64,000 nucleotides of DNA from Flavobacteriaceae bacterium UBA1682 (GCA_002320285.1 DCKE01000007.1:15606-79605); one strand, 5' to 3'; numbered from the stretch's first letter, positions 8,791 through 18,742 are shown. Numbers and translations are program-made. The notes: generated by a model not told the origin, from the letters alone.

Positions 8791-8798
8791 CAAAAATA
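8791..8798 (-). promoter_or_regulatory. Candidate Bacteroidota -7 box (TATTTTTG on the minus strand) for the locus A operon
   Basis: CAAAAATA on the plus strand is TAnnTTTG on the minus strand, ~88 nt upstream of the ATG at 8703. Confidence 0.25.
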
Positions 8799-9193
8799 AT
8801 ACATTTTGTGATTAAAAAAAAGAAATAGTACGATTTTTGAAATTATTTAATCGCAAATAGAGGTTTTAAAAGCATTTAAAATCTAAAATCACTACCATAA
8901 TCGCAATTTATATTACAAATACAACCGCCTAATCCAATTATTGAAAATAAAAACGTCCATTCTTCCTATAAAATGGAAAAATTAAATACTTCCTCTTTTT
9001 ACAGTAAAAATAAATGACTCATTAACAAGGCTATACAAAACATACCTCATTTTGAGCCATCATATTAATTAATCAATAAAATCGCAAATGGAGAATATTA
9101 AAGCCGCTTTAGGGTTATAGTATTGACAATATACCAACATCCTGTTTTCGATACAATTCGATCACGAACTCGCAGTTACCCATTTATTTTAAT

Positions 9194-9201
9194 TATTTTT
9201 G
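9194..9201 (+). promoter_or_regulatory. Candidate -7 box TATTTTTG
   Basis: A TAnnTTTG match lies 13 nt upstream of the ATG at 9214. It overlaps the TTG at 9199, which argues against that longer start. Confidence 0.35.
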
Positions 9202-9213
9202 ACAAAAAAAAAC

Positions 9214-9984
9214 ATGAATACCAATTATACTGAAGGTTCTATAGAAGTTACTAGAGAAGAACGCGTCGCTCGCATCACATTTTTCCACCCTGCCAGCAAT
9301 TCGTTCCCAAGCAGCTTACTTCACCAATTAAAAGACACTATAAACCGCTTAAGCGAAGATCCGCAGATCAATACCGTAATTTTAGAGAGCAAGGGCGAGG
9401 GCGCTTTTTGTGCTGGAGCCTCTTTTGACGAATTACTTGCCATTGACGACACTGACCAAGGAACCGCTTTCTTTTCCGGTTTTGCCCTAGTGATCAACGC
9501 CATCAGAAAGAGCAAACAACTCTTCATCGGTAAAATTCACGGAAAAGCCGTAGGTGGAGGTGTCGGTCTAGCGGCAGCCTGTGATTATTGTTTTGCCACA
9601 GCAAACAGCTCAATCAAACTTTCGGAATTAGCTATTGGAATAGGTCCTTTTGTCATCGAACCAGTTGTTTCTAAAAAAATCGGTAAAAATGCCTTTACGG
9701 AGATGTCTTTGGCCGCACACGAATGGAAAACAGCTAGTTGGGCTCTAGAAAAAGGACTCTATGCGCAACTTTGTACCACCACAGAAGAATTAAACCAACA
9801 TACCAACGCATTTGCACAACGCATTTCTCAATACAATCCAGAAGCCTTAATCGAAATGAAGAAGATTTTTTGGGAAGGAACAGCACACTGGGAGCTGCTT
9901 TTGACAGAGAGAGCTGCGATTTCTGGCAAACTCGTTTTATCTGACTTTACCAAGAATGCCCTAAATCAGTTTAAGAAGAAATAG
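9214..9984 (+). CDS. Enoyl-CoA hydratase/isomerase (crotonase) family protein
   Basis: 'FHPASNSFP...LESKGEGAFCAGASFDEL...GKAVGGGVGLAAACDY' is the crotonase-fold oxyanion-hole pattern. I prefer the ATG at 9214 over the TTG at 9199. Confidence 0.85.
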   Translation: MNTNYTEGSIEVTREERVARITFFHPASNSFPSSLLHQLKDTINRLSEDPQINTVILESKGEGAFCAGASFDELLAIDDTDQGTAFFSGFALVINAIRKSKQLFIGKIHGKAVGGGVGLAAACDYCFATANSSIKLSELAIGIGPFVIEPVVSKKIGKNAFTEMSLAAHEWKTASWALEKGLYAQLCTTTEELNQHTNAFAQRISQYNPEALIEMKKIFWEGTAHWELLLTERAAISGKLVLSDFTKNALNQFKKK

Positions 9985-10049
9985 CTATCCCTCACAAAAT
10001 CAGCTGTATTTTACACAGTCTATTCCAAGGAGTAGTCCGATATTTTTAG

Positions 10050-10057
10050 TAAATTTG
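10050..10057 (+). promoter_or_regulatory. Candidate -7 box TAAATTTG
   Basis: A TAnnTTTG match lies 15 nt upstream of the queD ATG. Confidence 0.35.
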
Positions 10058-10071
10058 CAAAAAACAATATT

Positions 10072-10521
10072 ATGCCTAAAATCAGAATCACCAAACAATT
10101 TACTTTTGAAACCGGTCATGCCCTATACGGCTACGATGGAAAATGTAGAAATGTACACGGACACAGCTATAAATTAGCCGTGACAGTCATTGGCTACCCT
10201 ATTGAAGATCAGGATAACGTAAAATACGGTATGGTGATTGACTTTGGCGATTTAAAAAAAATTGTAAAAGAAGAGGTTGTAGACCAATTTGATCACGCTA
10301 CCGTATTCAATCAAAACACCCCTCACGTGGATTTGGCAAAAGAATTAAAAGATCGCGGACACGACGTGATTTTAGTTGATTATCAACCTACTAGCGAAAA
10401 CATGGTGATTGATTTTGCAGCACGAATCAGTTCTCGTCTGCCACAAGAAATCGAATTGTATTCGTTGCGCCTCCAAGAAACCGAGTCGTCTTATGCAGAA
10501 TGGCATGCTTCCGATAATTAA
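10072..10521 (+). CDS. queD: 6-carboxy-5,6,7,8-tetrahydropterin synthase / 6-pyruvoyl-tetrahydropterin synthase family
   Basis: 'FTFETGHAL...CRNVHGHSYKL' carries the PTPS-family His/Cys catalytic motifs, and the size (149 aa) fits. Confidence 0.85.
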   Translation: MPKIRITKQFTFETGHALYGYDGKCRNVHGHSYKLAVTVIGYPIEDQDNVKYGMVIDFGDLKKIVKEEVVDQFDHATVFNQNTPHVDLAKELKDRGHDVILVDYQPTSENMVIDFAARISSRLPQEIELYSLRLQETESSYAEWHASDN

Positions 10522-10533
10522 AAAAACACTCCT

Positions 10534-11295
10534 TTGAAAATTCAAATTCAAACCGACAAAAAGATTTTCTTCGCTTCTGATCAACATTTCGGAGCTCCTA
10601 CTTCAGAGAAAAGTTTACCCCGCGAGAAGAAATTTCTTCGCTGGTTAAATGAAAAGGAAACTGAAATGGGTGCTTTATTTATTTTAGGGGATCTATTTGA
10701 TTTCTGGTTTGAATATAAAACCGTTGTTCCTAAGGGATTTGTTCGCGTATTGGGAAAACTAGCACAGCTCAGAGACTCTGGAATTCCGATCTATTTCTTT
10801 GTCGGTAATCACGATTTGTGGATGGATGATTATTTTATCACCGAACTCGGCATTCCCGTTTTTCATCAACCTCAGGTTTTTGATATCAACGGCAAAACGT
10901 TCTTTATCGGTCATGGTGATGGACTAGGACCGGGAGATCACGGTTATAAGAGGATGAAAAAGGTGTTTACCAATCCGTTTTCAAAATGGTTGTTTCGTTG
11001 GCTACATCCCGATATCGGGGTGCGCTTGGGTCAATACTTATCCGTTAAAAACAAATTGATCTCTGGAGCAGAAGACGTGACCTTTCTAGGAGAGGACAAC
11101 GAATGGTTGGTGCTTTACTCCAAAAGAAAACTTCAAGAACAGCATTACGATTATTTTATCTTTGGTCATCGTCACTTACCTATGGATATTCAAGTAGGTC
11201 AAAACAGCCGCTATATCAATTTAGGTGACTGGATAAGCTATTTTACTTATGGTATGTATGATGGTACGTTTCATTTAGAGAAATACGAGTCTTAA
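10534..11295 (+). CDS. lpxH: UDP-2,3-diacylglucosamine diphosphatase (calcineurin-like metallophosphoesterase)
   Basis: 'FFASDQHFG...ILGDLFDFWFEYK...GNHDLW...GHGDG...GHRH' are the LpxH-type metallophosphoesterase motifs. The only start upstream of the first motif is the TTG at 10534. Confidence 0.75.
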   Translation: MKIQIQTDKKIFFASDQHFGAPTSEKSLPREKKFLRWLNEKETEMGALFILGDLFDFWFEYKTVVPKGFVRVLGKLAQLRDSGIPIYFFVGNHDLWMDDYFITELGIPVFHQPQVFDINGKTFFIGHGDGLGPGDHGYKRMKKVFTNPFSKWLFRWLHPDIGVRLGQYLSVKNKLISGAEDVTFLGEDNEWLVLYSKRKLQEQHYDYFIFGHRHLPMDIQVGQNSRYINLGDWISYFTYGMYDGTFHLEKYES

Positions 11296-12614
11296 TTTTT
11301 AACCGCCAAGGGACTTTCGACTATCCATTCATTATGACCAAAATAGTTCCAATTCACGGCGGCTAAATCCACCGTTGGATTAATAAAAACACTATATGGG
11401 CGTTGATTTATCGACACCCAACTATCCGCAAACACACTAACGTCTTGCCCGAGTTCAGCATACTCCTTTTTGATGTATTGCGCCATCTGCCAAATCATAT
11501 CAGGAGAGGTTAATCTGGACTGCTGTTTTTGCTCTAAGCGCTCTTCCAGTTGGTACCTCCATCTTTCCCCAGTCGCTTTATCTTCTACCGTATAATTGGT
11601 ATATCCGCCGCGCTGACGCAGCATCATACGCCAACTCAACCGATGCCCCTCATCTGTCCAAAGTACATCACCAGGTATAACCCAGTGCCTTAAAGGCAAC
11701 AACAATTGAAACACCAGAAAAACCGTCAAAAAACTCATTATTCCCACAGGTATTTTTTCGGATGCCGTGGCATCCAGTTCCGCCACGGGTTTTTTCTTAA
11801 AAAACCTTTTCCTGATATCATCAGGATCATAGAAGAAAACCGCGAAGCTCAAAGCAAAATATGGAAAGACCCCAATGTGTAAGGTAAATGAATTGAAAAG
11901 ATGAAAAACAAGTGAAATAATCACTGCGAAATTACGCGTCTTTTTCCAAAATAAAAGAGGCACAATCAAACCATCGAAGAGTATCCCAAGATAGGTTATC
12001 GACATATAAAACCACGGTTCAGCGAATATTTTCTTAAAGAATTCGGGCGAATTGGTCAGTCCGGCATAAAGATTTTTACTAAAAGTTCCATCAAGCCAAT
12101 CCGGATAGAATTTGGCTACAGTGGCGTAAAAATACAAAATGGTGATTTGAATGATAAACAAATAAGAACAAGCGGCAAACATCGTCAATTTTTGGGTCAC
12201 CCTACCCGATTTAACATCCAGCGACGCATATCTATGCGCAGGCATAAAACACATATACAAACAAATCAGTAGCATCAAATAATAGTGATTATTATAAGAT
12301 GTCTTTTGCATATAATAAACTCCAGCCCACAGCAATGTCAATAATATAATACTTAAACGATACCGATACCCCAACATCACTCCAACAGCAGCCAATCCCA
12401 TCACTATAAAATAGTAATACATTCCGTTACCCGGCAAGGGCTGTAACCACTCCATATAAATATGAGAAAAGGTCAATTGAGGTTCCACTAAATTTATACG
12501 AACCCAACCCGTAAAAATGGCTCCAAATGATTCACACACAAATATTAATCCAAAAAACATCCGGAATAAAATTAGCGGAGCATTGTCGATCTGTTGCGAA
12601 ATTTTTTTAAACAT
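11292..12614 (-). CDS. HTTM domain-containing (vitamin K-dependent gamma-carboxylase-like) polytopic membrane protein
   Basis: It has ~9 predicted TM segments and an N-terminal 'PLILFRMFFGLIF' motif typical of HTTM, followed by a C-terminal soluble domain. I assigned the family from memory of the HTTM pattern only. Confidence 0.6.
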   Translation of the reverse strand: MFKKISQQIDNAPLILFRMFFGLIFVCESFGAIFTGWVRINLVEPQLTFSHIYMEWLQPLPGNGMYYYFIVMGLAAVGVMLGYRYRLSIILLTLLWAGVYYMQKTSYNNHYYLMLLICLYMCFMPAHRYASLDVKSGRVTQKLTMFAACSYLFIIQITILYFYATVAKFYPDWLDGTFSKNLYAGLTNSPEFFKKIFAEPWFYMSITYLGILFDGLIVPLLFWKKTRNFAVIISLVFHLFNSFTLHIGVFPYFALSFAVFFYDPDDIRKRFFKKKPVAELDATASEKIPVGIMSFLTVFLVFQLLLPLRHWVIPGDVLWTDEGHRLSWRMMLRQRGGYTNYTVEDKATGERWRYQLEERLEQKQQSRLTSPDMIWQMAQYIKKEYAELGQDVSVFADSWVSINQRPYSVFINPTVDLAAVNWNYFGHNEWIVESPLAVKN

Positions 12615-13539
12615 GTTCTATAAAGTACTTTCTTGTTATTTGTTCATCTTCTCGAATTTTCTCAATTAACAAATCAAACTGATCAAATCGCATTTCATCC
12701 CGAATTCGTTCGTGAACTGAAATCTTTAAAACTTCTCCATATAAATCTCCGTCCCAATCTAAGAAATTAACTTCTATCGTATACGGGTGATTCTCAAAAG
12801 TCGGATTTATTCCAATACTCATCATACCGGGTATCGTCTTTCCTTCTATTACTGATGTTACGATATAAATCCCGTTTTTAGGTATGAGTTTGTAACTTTC
12901 CGTGACTTCTAGGTTTGCCGTTGGATACCCTATAGTTCTACCCAATTTTTTACCAGAAACGACTATTCCTGAGAAAAAATAATCATAGCCCAAATATTCA
13001 TTTGCCATGGCGATATCTCCAATTTCTAGAGCTTTCCTAATTTTAGTTGAGCTAATTGAGACATGATCGATTTCCTGAGCAGATATCTCCTCCACTTCAA
13101 AATTATATTTTAATCCGAATCTTATTAAATCATGTATGTCCGCAGTTCTATTTTTTCCAAATCGATGATCATGGCCAATGATAATCTTTCCAACGTTAAA
13201 TTGCTTGACCAATATCTGTTCTACGAAATCGGCAGCACTTAATTGTGAAAAATCGGCATCAAATTTATGAACAACCAGATTGTCTAAACCATAACGTTCC
13301 AGAAGTTCGATTTTCTCACTCATCGTGTTCAACAGCTTAATCGTATCATCTTGTTTTAAGACCATTCTGGGATGTGGAAAAAAAGTCAAAACCAGACTTT
13401 CTCCTCCCATAAGTTCACTAGCCGATACTAATTTACGAATAATCATTTGATGTCCCAAGTGCACCCCATCAAATGTCCCTAAAGTCACTATGGTTTTTTG
13501 TCGGGTATGAAAATTATATATAGAAGAAAACGTTTTCAA
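12607..13539 (-). CDS. ribF: Bifunctional riboflavin kinase / FMN adenylyltransferase
   Basis: 'VTLGTFDGVHLGHQ' is the nucleotidyltransferase motif. The C-terminal 'GRTIGYPTANL...PGMMSIG.NPTF' is the riboflavin kinase domain. Confidence 0.92.
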   Translation of the reverse strand: MKTFSSIYNFHTRQKTIVTLGTFDGVHLGHQMIIRKLVSASELMGGESLVLTFFPHPRMVLKQDDTIKLLNTMSEKIELLERYGLDNLVVHKFDADFSQLSAADFVEQILVKQFNVGKIIIGHDHRFGKNRTADIHDLIRFGLKYNFEVEEISAQEIDHVSISSTKIRKALEIGDIAMANEYLGYDYFFSGIVVSGKKLGRTIGYPTANLEVTESYKLIPKNGIYIVTSVIEGKTIPGMMSIGINPTFENHPYTIEVNFLDWDGDLYGEVLKISVHERIRDEMRFDQFDLLIEKIREDEQITRKYFIEHV

Positions 13540-13705
13540 TTTTTTTTATCAAATTTAGTGTTTCCTAATTTAAGATTAAAAAAGAATAAAAGAAAAATTG
13601 ACTATATTTCCCCTATTAGGCAATAAGTAACTTCTCATAAGTCTTTTAAATAGCGCTTTATCGTCTTTTTCAACAGTAAAAACGTCTTACTTTAAAAAAA
13701 AAAGA

Positions 13706-13713
13706 TACATTTG
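13706..13713 (+). promoter_or_regulatory. Candidate -7 box TACATTTG
   Basis: A TAnnTTTG match lies 33 nt upstream of the ATG at 13746. Confidence 0.35.
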
Positions 13714-13745
13714 TTTGTTACAAACATAAAAACCAACCATCAATT

Positions 13746-15992
13746 ATGAAAAACAAGCACCTTTGGAGTGTTTTGCTTCTTGTATTCGTAACTTTTTACG
13801 CAAATGCACAAAACCGTGCTTGGAAAAGCATTTCACAAAAAGAGCTATCTACCTTTGAAAGAGTTGAACGCAGTTCGGTACCAAGTGATTATAGCATTTT
13901 TCAGCTTGATTTAAAAAAACTAGCTCAGATTATAGAGCAAGCTCCCTTAGAAGGATCTAACTCAAGCACAAATATCATCACCTCCTTCCCGGATTCGAAC
14001 GGAAATATGGAACGTTTTGAAATTTTTAAAGCTCCGCTGATGTCTGTTGCACTTTCAAAAAAATATCCGCAAATCAATTCTTATATTGGTAAAAGCTTAG
14101 AGAATGTTAGTACAACGATACGTTTTAGCATAACATCTTTCGGCTTACAAGCCGTAAAATACTCCGATGAAACAGGCATTACTTATATCGATTCCTACAC
14201 AAAGGACCAAAAAAACTATATGGTTTACAATCGTGAATCCTTAGCAGAACATCCTGGAATCAACTGTTTGGTAGACGATAGTTATCTTCCCAACAATACT
14301 GATATAGCTACTATCACATCAAAAAAACTCGCTCAAACCGCAGCACGTACCTTTAGAGAATATCGCTTAGCCATGGCATGTACCATTGAATATGCCAAAT
14401 TTCATCTTGACCAAGCTCTTGCATCCGGTATACCATTACCAGACGAACAGTCAAAAAAGGCGGTTGTATTGTCAGCTATGGTAGCCACCATGACACGAGT
14501 AAATTTTATCTACGAAAGAGACTTGTCAATTCGCATGATATTAGTAGACAATAACGACGAACTAATCTTCATCGATACCGATGAGTTTAATAACAACAAT
14601 GCCAATCAATTAATTTCACAAAGTCAAAAGGTTATTGACAAGACCATCGGAAATACCAACTATGATATCGGCCACACGGTTAGTACTGGAGGCGGTGGAC
14701 TTGCACAACTTCAAACACCTTGCAATCCTTTTACTAAGGCTATGGGAATCACGGGCTCGCCAAACCCGATAGGCGACCCCTTTGACGTTGATTTTGTAGC
14801 TCATGAAATGGGGCATCAATTTGGAGCAGCTCATACTTTTAACAGCAATTGTAATGGTAATATCATGCCTGACACCGCTGTAGAACCGGGCAGCGGAAGT
14901 ACTATTATGGGATATGCTGGCGTGTGTTCACCCAATGTTCAAGCCAATTCTGATCCGTTTTTTCACTCGGTAAGCATCGATCAAATCAACAATTTTATCA
15001 TCAACAAAGGAAACTGCTCTGTCAATACAAATAAAACTACTTCAACAATTTCGATTGACGCAGGAACAAACTATACCATTCCCAAGAGCACGCCTTTTAA
15101 ACTAACCGCAACCAATCCCGGCTTAGAAACAGCGAACTTCACCTACTCATGGGAACAAATAGACAAGGAGTCTTCTGTCCAACCTCCTATATCGACGAAC
15201 ACAGGCGGTCCTCAATTCAGAGTTTTTAAACCCACAAAAGATTTAGTCCGATATTTTCCTCAATTTGAAACTGTTCTAAACGGCACTGTTTCAAATTGGG
15301 AAGTACTTCCATCAACAGCAAGAACTTTAAATTTTAATGTAATTGCAAGGGATAACAATATAGAATTGGGCGGTCAAACTGCTATTGACAATACTCAAAT
15401 AACCGTTTCAAATGCCGGTCCGTTCTTAGTGACATACCCCAATTCAGTCGACGAAAAATGGACAGCAAAGTCTTCCCAAACCGTTACCTGGAATGTAGCA
15501 GGTACAACGGCAAATGGCATCAATACGAATCTAGTAAATATTTTATTTTCTGCAGATAATGGACAAACCTTTACTACTATTAAAGCCAATACTCCTAATG
15601 ATGGTAATGAATCCATCGTTGTTCCGGATTATTCGTCAACTAACTGTAGAATTCTAATTGAAGCTGTCGGAAATATATATTATACCGTTTCAAAAGAATT
15701 CACAATCACTGGAGGTACAACTGTAAGTACGGAAAACTTTGGTCTTAATGATTTTGCTATATACCCTAATCCAACTAATGATTTAGTCAACATACAATTT
15801 GAATCGCAATCTACAGCTGATATTAGCGTTTCAATTCATGATTTACGAGGTAGACTTATTTTTACTCAATCTTACAAAAATACTGGTAAGTTTGAACAAG
15901 AAATCAGTCTTGGCAATACGCAATCAGGAATTTACATGGTAACAGTTATGGATGGTAGCCGCAAAGAAGTCAAAAAACTTTTAAAGAAATAA
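13746..15992 (+). CDS. Secreted zinc metalloprotease (reprolysin/M12B-like) with a T9SS type A C-terminal sorting domain
   Basis: It has a signal peptide and a 'VAHEMGHQFGAAHTF' zincin motif. The C-terminal ~80 aa, 'YPNPTNDLVNIQF...SIHDLRGRLIF...GIYMVTVMDG...VKKLLK', fits the type A (Por_Secre_tail) pattern. Confidence 0.85.
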   Translation: MKNKHLWSVLLLVFVTFYANAQNRAWKSISQKELSTFERVERSSVPSDYSIFQLDLKKLAQIIEQAPLEGSNSSTNIITSFPDSNGNMERFEIFKAPLMSVALSKKYPQINSYIGKSLENVSTTIRFSITSFGLQAVKYSDETGITYIDSYTKDQKNYMVYNRESLAEHPGINCLVDDSYLPNNTDIATITSKKLAQTAARTFREYRLAMACTIEYAKFHLDQALASGIPLPDEQSKKAVVLSAMVATMTRVNFIYERDLSIRMILVDNNDELIFIDTDEFNNNNANQLISQSQKVIDKTIGNTNYDIGHTVSTGGGGLAQLQTPCNPFTKAMGITGSPNPIGDPFDVDFVAHEMGHQFGAAHTFNSNCNGNIMPDTAVEPGSGSTIMGYAGVCSPNVQANSDPFFHSVSIDQINNFIINKGNCSVNTNKTTSTISIDAGTNYTIPKSTPFKLTATNPGLETANFTYSWEQIDKESSVQPPISTNTGGPQFRVFKPTKDLVRYFPQFETVLNGTVSNWEVLPSTARTLNFNVIARDNNIELGGQTAIDNTQITVSNAGPFLVTYPNSVDEKWTAKSSQTVTWNVAGTTANGINTNLVNILFSADNGQTFTTIKANTPNDGNESIVVPDYSSTNCRILIEAVGNIYYTVSKEFTITGGTTVSTENFGLNDFAIYPNPTNDLVNIQFESQSTADISVSIHDLRGRLIFTQSYKNTGKFEQEISLGNTQSGIYMVTVMDGSRKEVKKLLKK

Positions 15993-16014
15993 TACGATTA
16001 CTCAGTTTAGTGAG

Positions 16015-16041
16015 GGCGGTCTAATAGACCGCCTTTTTTTT
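16015..16041 (+). terminator. Rho-independent terminator after the metalloprotease gene
   Basis: GGCGGTC-TAATA-GACCGCC is followed by T8. Confidence 0.8.
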
Positions 16042-16092
16042 GTAGCTTCGCATGTTATTTAATATTTTTGAATCCACAACTTTCAAAACCAT

Positions 16093-16887
16093 ATGCGTTA
16101 TCTCGTTATATTTTTATTGTTTTTCAACCTGAGTCAGGCACAAATTAGAATCACCTCGTGGAACCTTAAAAATTTTGGAAAGTCAAAAAGCGATAGCGAA
16201 ATCCTCTTTATAGCACAAACTGTAAAAGACAGTGATATCATAGCTATTCAAGAAGTAGTTGCTGGATATGGAGGCGCACAAGCCGTTGCTCGATTAACGG
16301 AAGAGCTCAATCGAACTGGAAGTAAATGGGATTACGCGATCAGTGATCCAACCGACAGTTCTCCATACCGTTCGGAACGTTATGCCTATATTTGGAAAAC
16401 ACACCGAGTTAAAGTACAAGGCAGGCCTTTTTTAGATAATTTTTTTAAAGATGTCATTGAACGTGAACCTTTTATCATTCGCTTCAACCTTCAACAAAAA
16501 ATCTTTACTTTGGTCAACTTTCACGCCATACCTAAAAAACACCAACCCGAACGTGAAATCAAATATTTTAAACATTTCCCCGAGTATTATAAAACCAATC
16601 AGCTAATATTTCTGGGAGATTTTAACTGTCCAGAAACGCATTCCGTTTTTAATCCTTTAAAAAAGTTGGGATATCAGGCGGCTTTCGTCAACCAGAAAAC
16701 CAGTTTACGCCAAAAATGTATTCTAGACGATTGCCTTGCATCGGCATACGACAATTTTATAGCTCACCCTGCCTACATCGAAATTCTAAATTCAGAAGCC
16801 ATACACTTCTATCGCTCCTTTGAGAGCCTTCAAGAGGCGCGCGCGTTGTCCGATCATCTACCGATTACTATAGAAATCAAGTTGTAA
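16093..16887 (+). CDS. Secreted endonuclease/exonuclease/phosphatase (DNase I-like) family protein
   Basis: It has a signal peptide. 'ITSWNLKNFG', 'IIAIQEV', 'LGDFN' and 'SDHLPI' are the ordered EEP catalytic motifs. Confidence 0.8.
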   Translation: MRYLVIFLLFFNLSQAQIRITSWNLKNFGKSKSDSEILFIAQTVKDSDIIAIQEVVAGYGGAQAVARLTEELNRTGSKWDYAISDPTDSSPYRSERYAYIWKTHRVKVQGRPFLDNFFKDVIEREPFIIRFNLQQKIFTLVNFHAIPKKHQPEREIKYFKHFPEYYKTNQLIFLGDFNCPETHSVFNPLKKLGYQAAFVNQKTSLRQKCILDDCLASAYDNFIAHPAYIEILNSEAIHFYRSFESLQEARALSDHLPITIEIKL

Positions 16888-16964
16888 TCCACAAAGAAAT
16901 TCCATGTATTACAGTTTAGTGCTGAGGCCCTATAAATAACTTTATATACTAACTGATAAAGCAG

Positions 16965-16972
16965 TACTTTTG
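16965..16972 (+). promoter_or_regulatory. Candidate -7 box TACTTTTG
   Basis: A TAnnTTTG match lies 23 nt upstream of the TTG start at 16995. Confidence 0.35.
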
Positions 16973-16994
16973 CAGAAATTTTAAAAATATAATT

Positions 16995-17912
16995 TTGAAA
17001 ATTACCTTAAAAAACTGGCTGACACTATTGATTTTATCTTTGGTTTGGGGCTCTTCTTTTATCCTAATCAAAAAGGGATTAAATAGCTTTACTCCGTACC
17101 AAGTTGGATCGTTAAGAGTTGTCTTTGCTGGGATAATGCTTTTACCCACAGCCTTTATACACCGCAAAAAGTTTCCAAAGAAAAACTATCCATGGCTCAC
17201 CATATGCGCTGTAGTCGGTAGTTTTATACCAATGTTTTTATTTCCGCTAGCTGAGATGCATTTAGACAGTTCTATCGCCGGAATAATGAACGCACTGATG
17301 TCCATTTTTGTGATTGTATTGGGTGCAATCTTCTTTAAATACAAAACCAATTTTGGAGAACTAACCGGGGTTACACTAGCTTTTATTGGCGTTATACTAC
17401 TCCTACAAACCAGTAACTCCGAAGGCCATGGCGGAGAGAGCCAATGGTTTTATTTTGTTTTACTCATTATAGCCGCAATGATGTATGCGTTTAGTGGATT
17501 ATTGACTCAAAAATACATGGGCGACATCTCACCATTAGCTTGGACCGCCTTCATTGAATTGGTTTTATTTATACCTGCAATTATCGCACTTTATCTTTCG
17601 GGTTTCTTTGAAGTATTTCATCAAAAGGACAATGCTTGGGAAGGAGTCGGTTACATCTTTATACTGTCGCTATTCGGCAGTGTTTTGGCCAATATATTCT
17701 ACTACAAATTGATTGGTGAAACTTCAGCCAGTTTTGCCTCTTCTGTATCACTACTAATGCCGATAGTAGCTTTTATGTGGGGACTTCTAGATGGTGAAGT
17801 ACTTGGTTTTATCCAAATTACTGGCGGAATACTCATTATAGCCGGATTGTATTTTGGCAGAAAAAACATCCAGATAAAATACCCTTTCAACAAAAGAAAA
17901 AAAGCTTTATGA
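16995..17912 (+). CDS. DMT superfamily (EamA-like) transporter
   Basis: It has ten predicted TM helices in two EamA-like halves, with 'LSLVWGSSFILIKKGL' near the N-terminus. It uses a TTG start. Confidence 0.8.
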   Translation: MKITLKNWLTLLILSLVWGSSFILIKKGLNSFTPYQVGSLRVVFAGIMLLPTAFIHRKKFPKKNYPWLTICAVVGSFIPMFLFPLAEMHLDSSIAGIMNALMSIFVIVLGAIFFKYKTNFGELTGVTLAFIGVILLLQTSNSEGHGGESQWFYFVLLIIAAMMYAFSGLLTQKYMGDISPLAWTAFIELVLFIPAIIALYLSGFFEVFHQKDNAWEGVGYIFILSLFGSVLANIFYYKLIGETSASFASSVSLLMPIVAFMWGLLDGEVLGFIQITGGILIIAGLYFGRKNIQIKYPFNKRKKAL

Positions 17913-17933
17913 AATATCATAAAGCTTTTTTTT
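17901..17933. terminator. Bidirectional terminator between convergent EamA and Zn-peptidase genes
   Basis: There is a perfect 12-bp stem, AAAGCTTTATGA / TCATAAAGCTTT, with a 4-nt loop and a following T-run. Confidence 0.75.
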
Positions 17934-18016
17934 ATTTTAAAACAGCATTAGCAAAAACAGGTTTGTAAAAAACCCATAAACACACCAATACCTTGTATAT
18001 TATCCTGTATCGTATA

Positions 18017-18691
18017 TTAACTTCTTCTGCCCATATAGATCATCAAGTAGTACAACAACGTACCAATAGATGCCAATGCAGCCACTAGATAGGTTCTTGC
18101 TGCCCAGGTTAAAGAATCTTTAGCTCCAGCATGTTCTTGCTGTGTTAACATATGCTTGTTTTCAAGCCATTTTAAAGCTCTATGACTCGCATCATACTCA
18201 ACGGGTAGGGTAATGATCGAAAACAGCGTCGTCATGGCAAAAAGGATAATACCGACTAACAATAACTGTGGAAATGTATTTAACATCAATATACCCGCCA
18301 ATAGAATCCATTGCATATACGAAGAAGCTACACTAACAACCGGCACTAACTTAGATCGCATTTCCAACCATCTATAGGCTGTTGCATGCTGCACAGCATG
18401 CCCCACTTCGTGAGCAGCCACAGCTGCGGCAGCCGCATTGCGTTCGTTATATACCGCTTCACTTAAATTCACTGTTTTATCAGCAGGATTATAGTGATCC
18501 GTCAAACGACCCGGTGTCGATATAACACGAACATCTCTAATCCCGTGATCAGCTAACATTTTTTGAGCAATCTCCGCTCCACTCATTCCATTTTGCAATT
18601 GCAATTTAGAATATTTCTCAAACTTACTTTTTAATCGAGCACCAACAAGCCAACTTGCCAGCATGATTATTCCCATTAATATAAATCCCAT
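18017..18691 (-). CDS. Membrane zinc metallopeptidase (Zn_peptidase_2-like)
   Basis: It has an 'AAHEVGHAVQH' HExxH motif, one N-terminal TM helix and C-terminal TM helices. I prefer the ATG at 18691 (MGFILMG...) because the candidate -7 box lies inside the longer ORF. Confidence 0.8.
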   Translation of the reverse strand: MGFILMGIIMLASWLVGARLKSKFEKYSKLQLQNGMSGAEIAQKMLADHGIRDVRVISTPGRLTDHYNPADKTVNLSEAVYNERNAAAAAVAAHEVGHAVQHATAYRWLEMRSKLVPVVSVASSYMQWILLAGILMLNTFPQLLLVGIILFAMTTLFSIITLPVEYDASHRALKWLENKHMLTQQEHAGAKDSLTWAARTYLVAALASIGTLLYYLMIYMGRRS

Positions 18692-18742
18692 CTCTATATT
18701 CTTTTTTATATATGTATTATAAATATATAACAAATCTTACGC

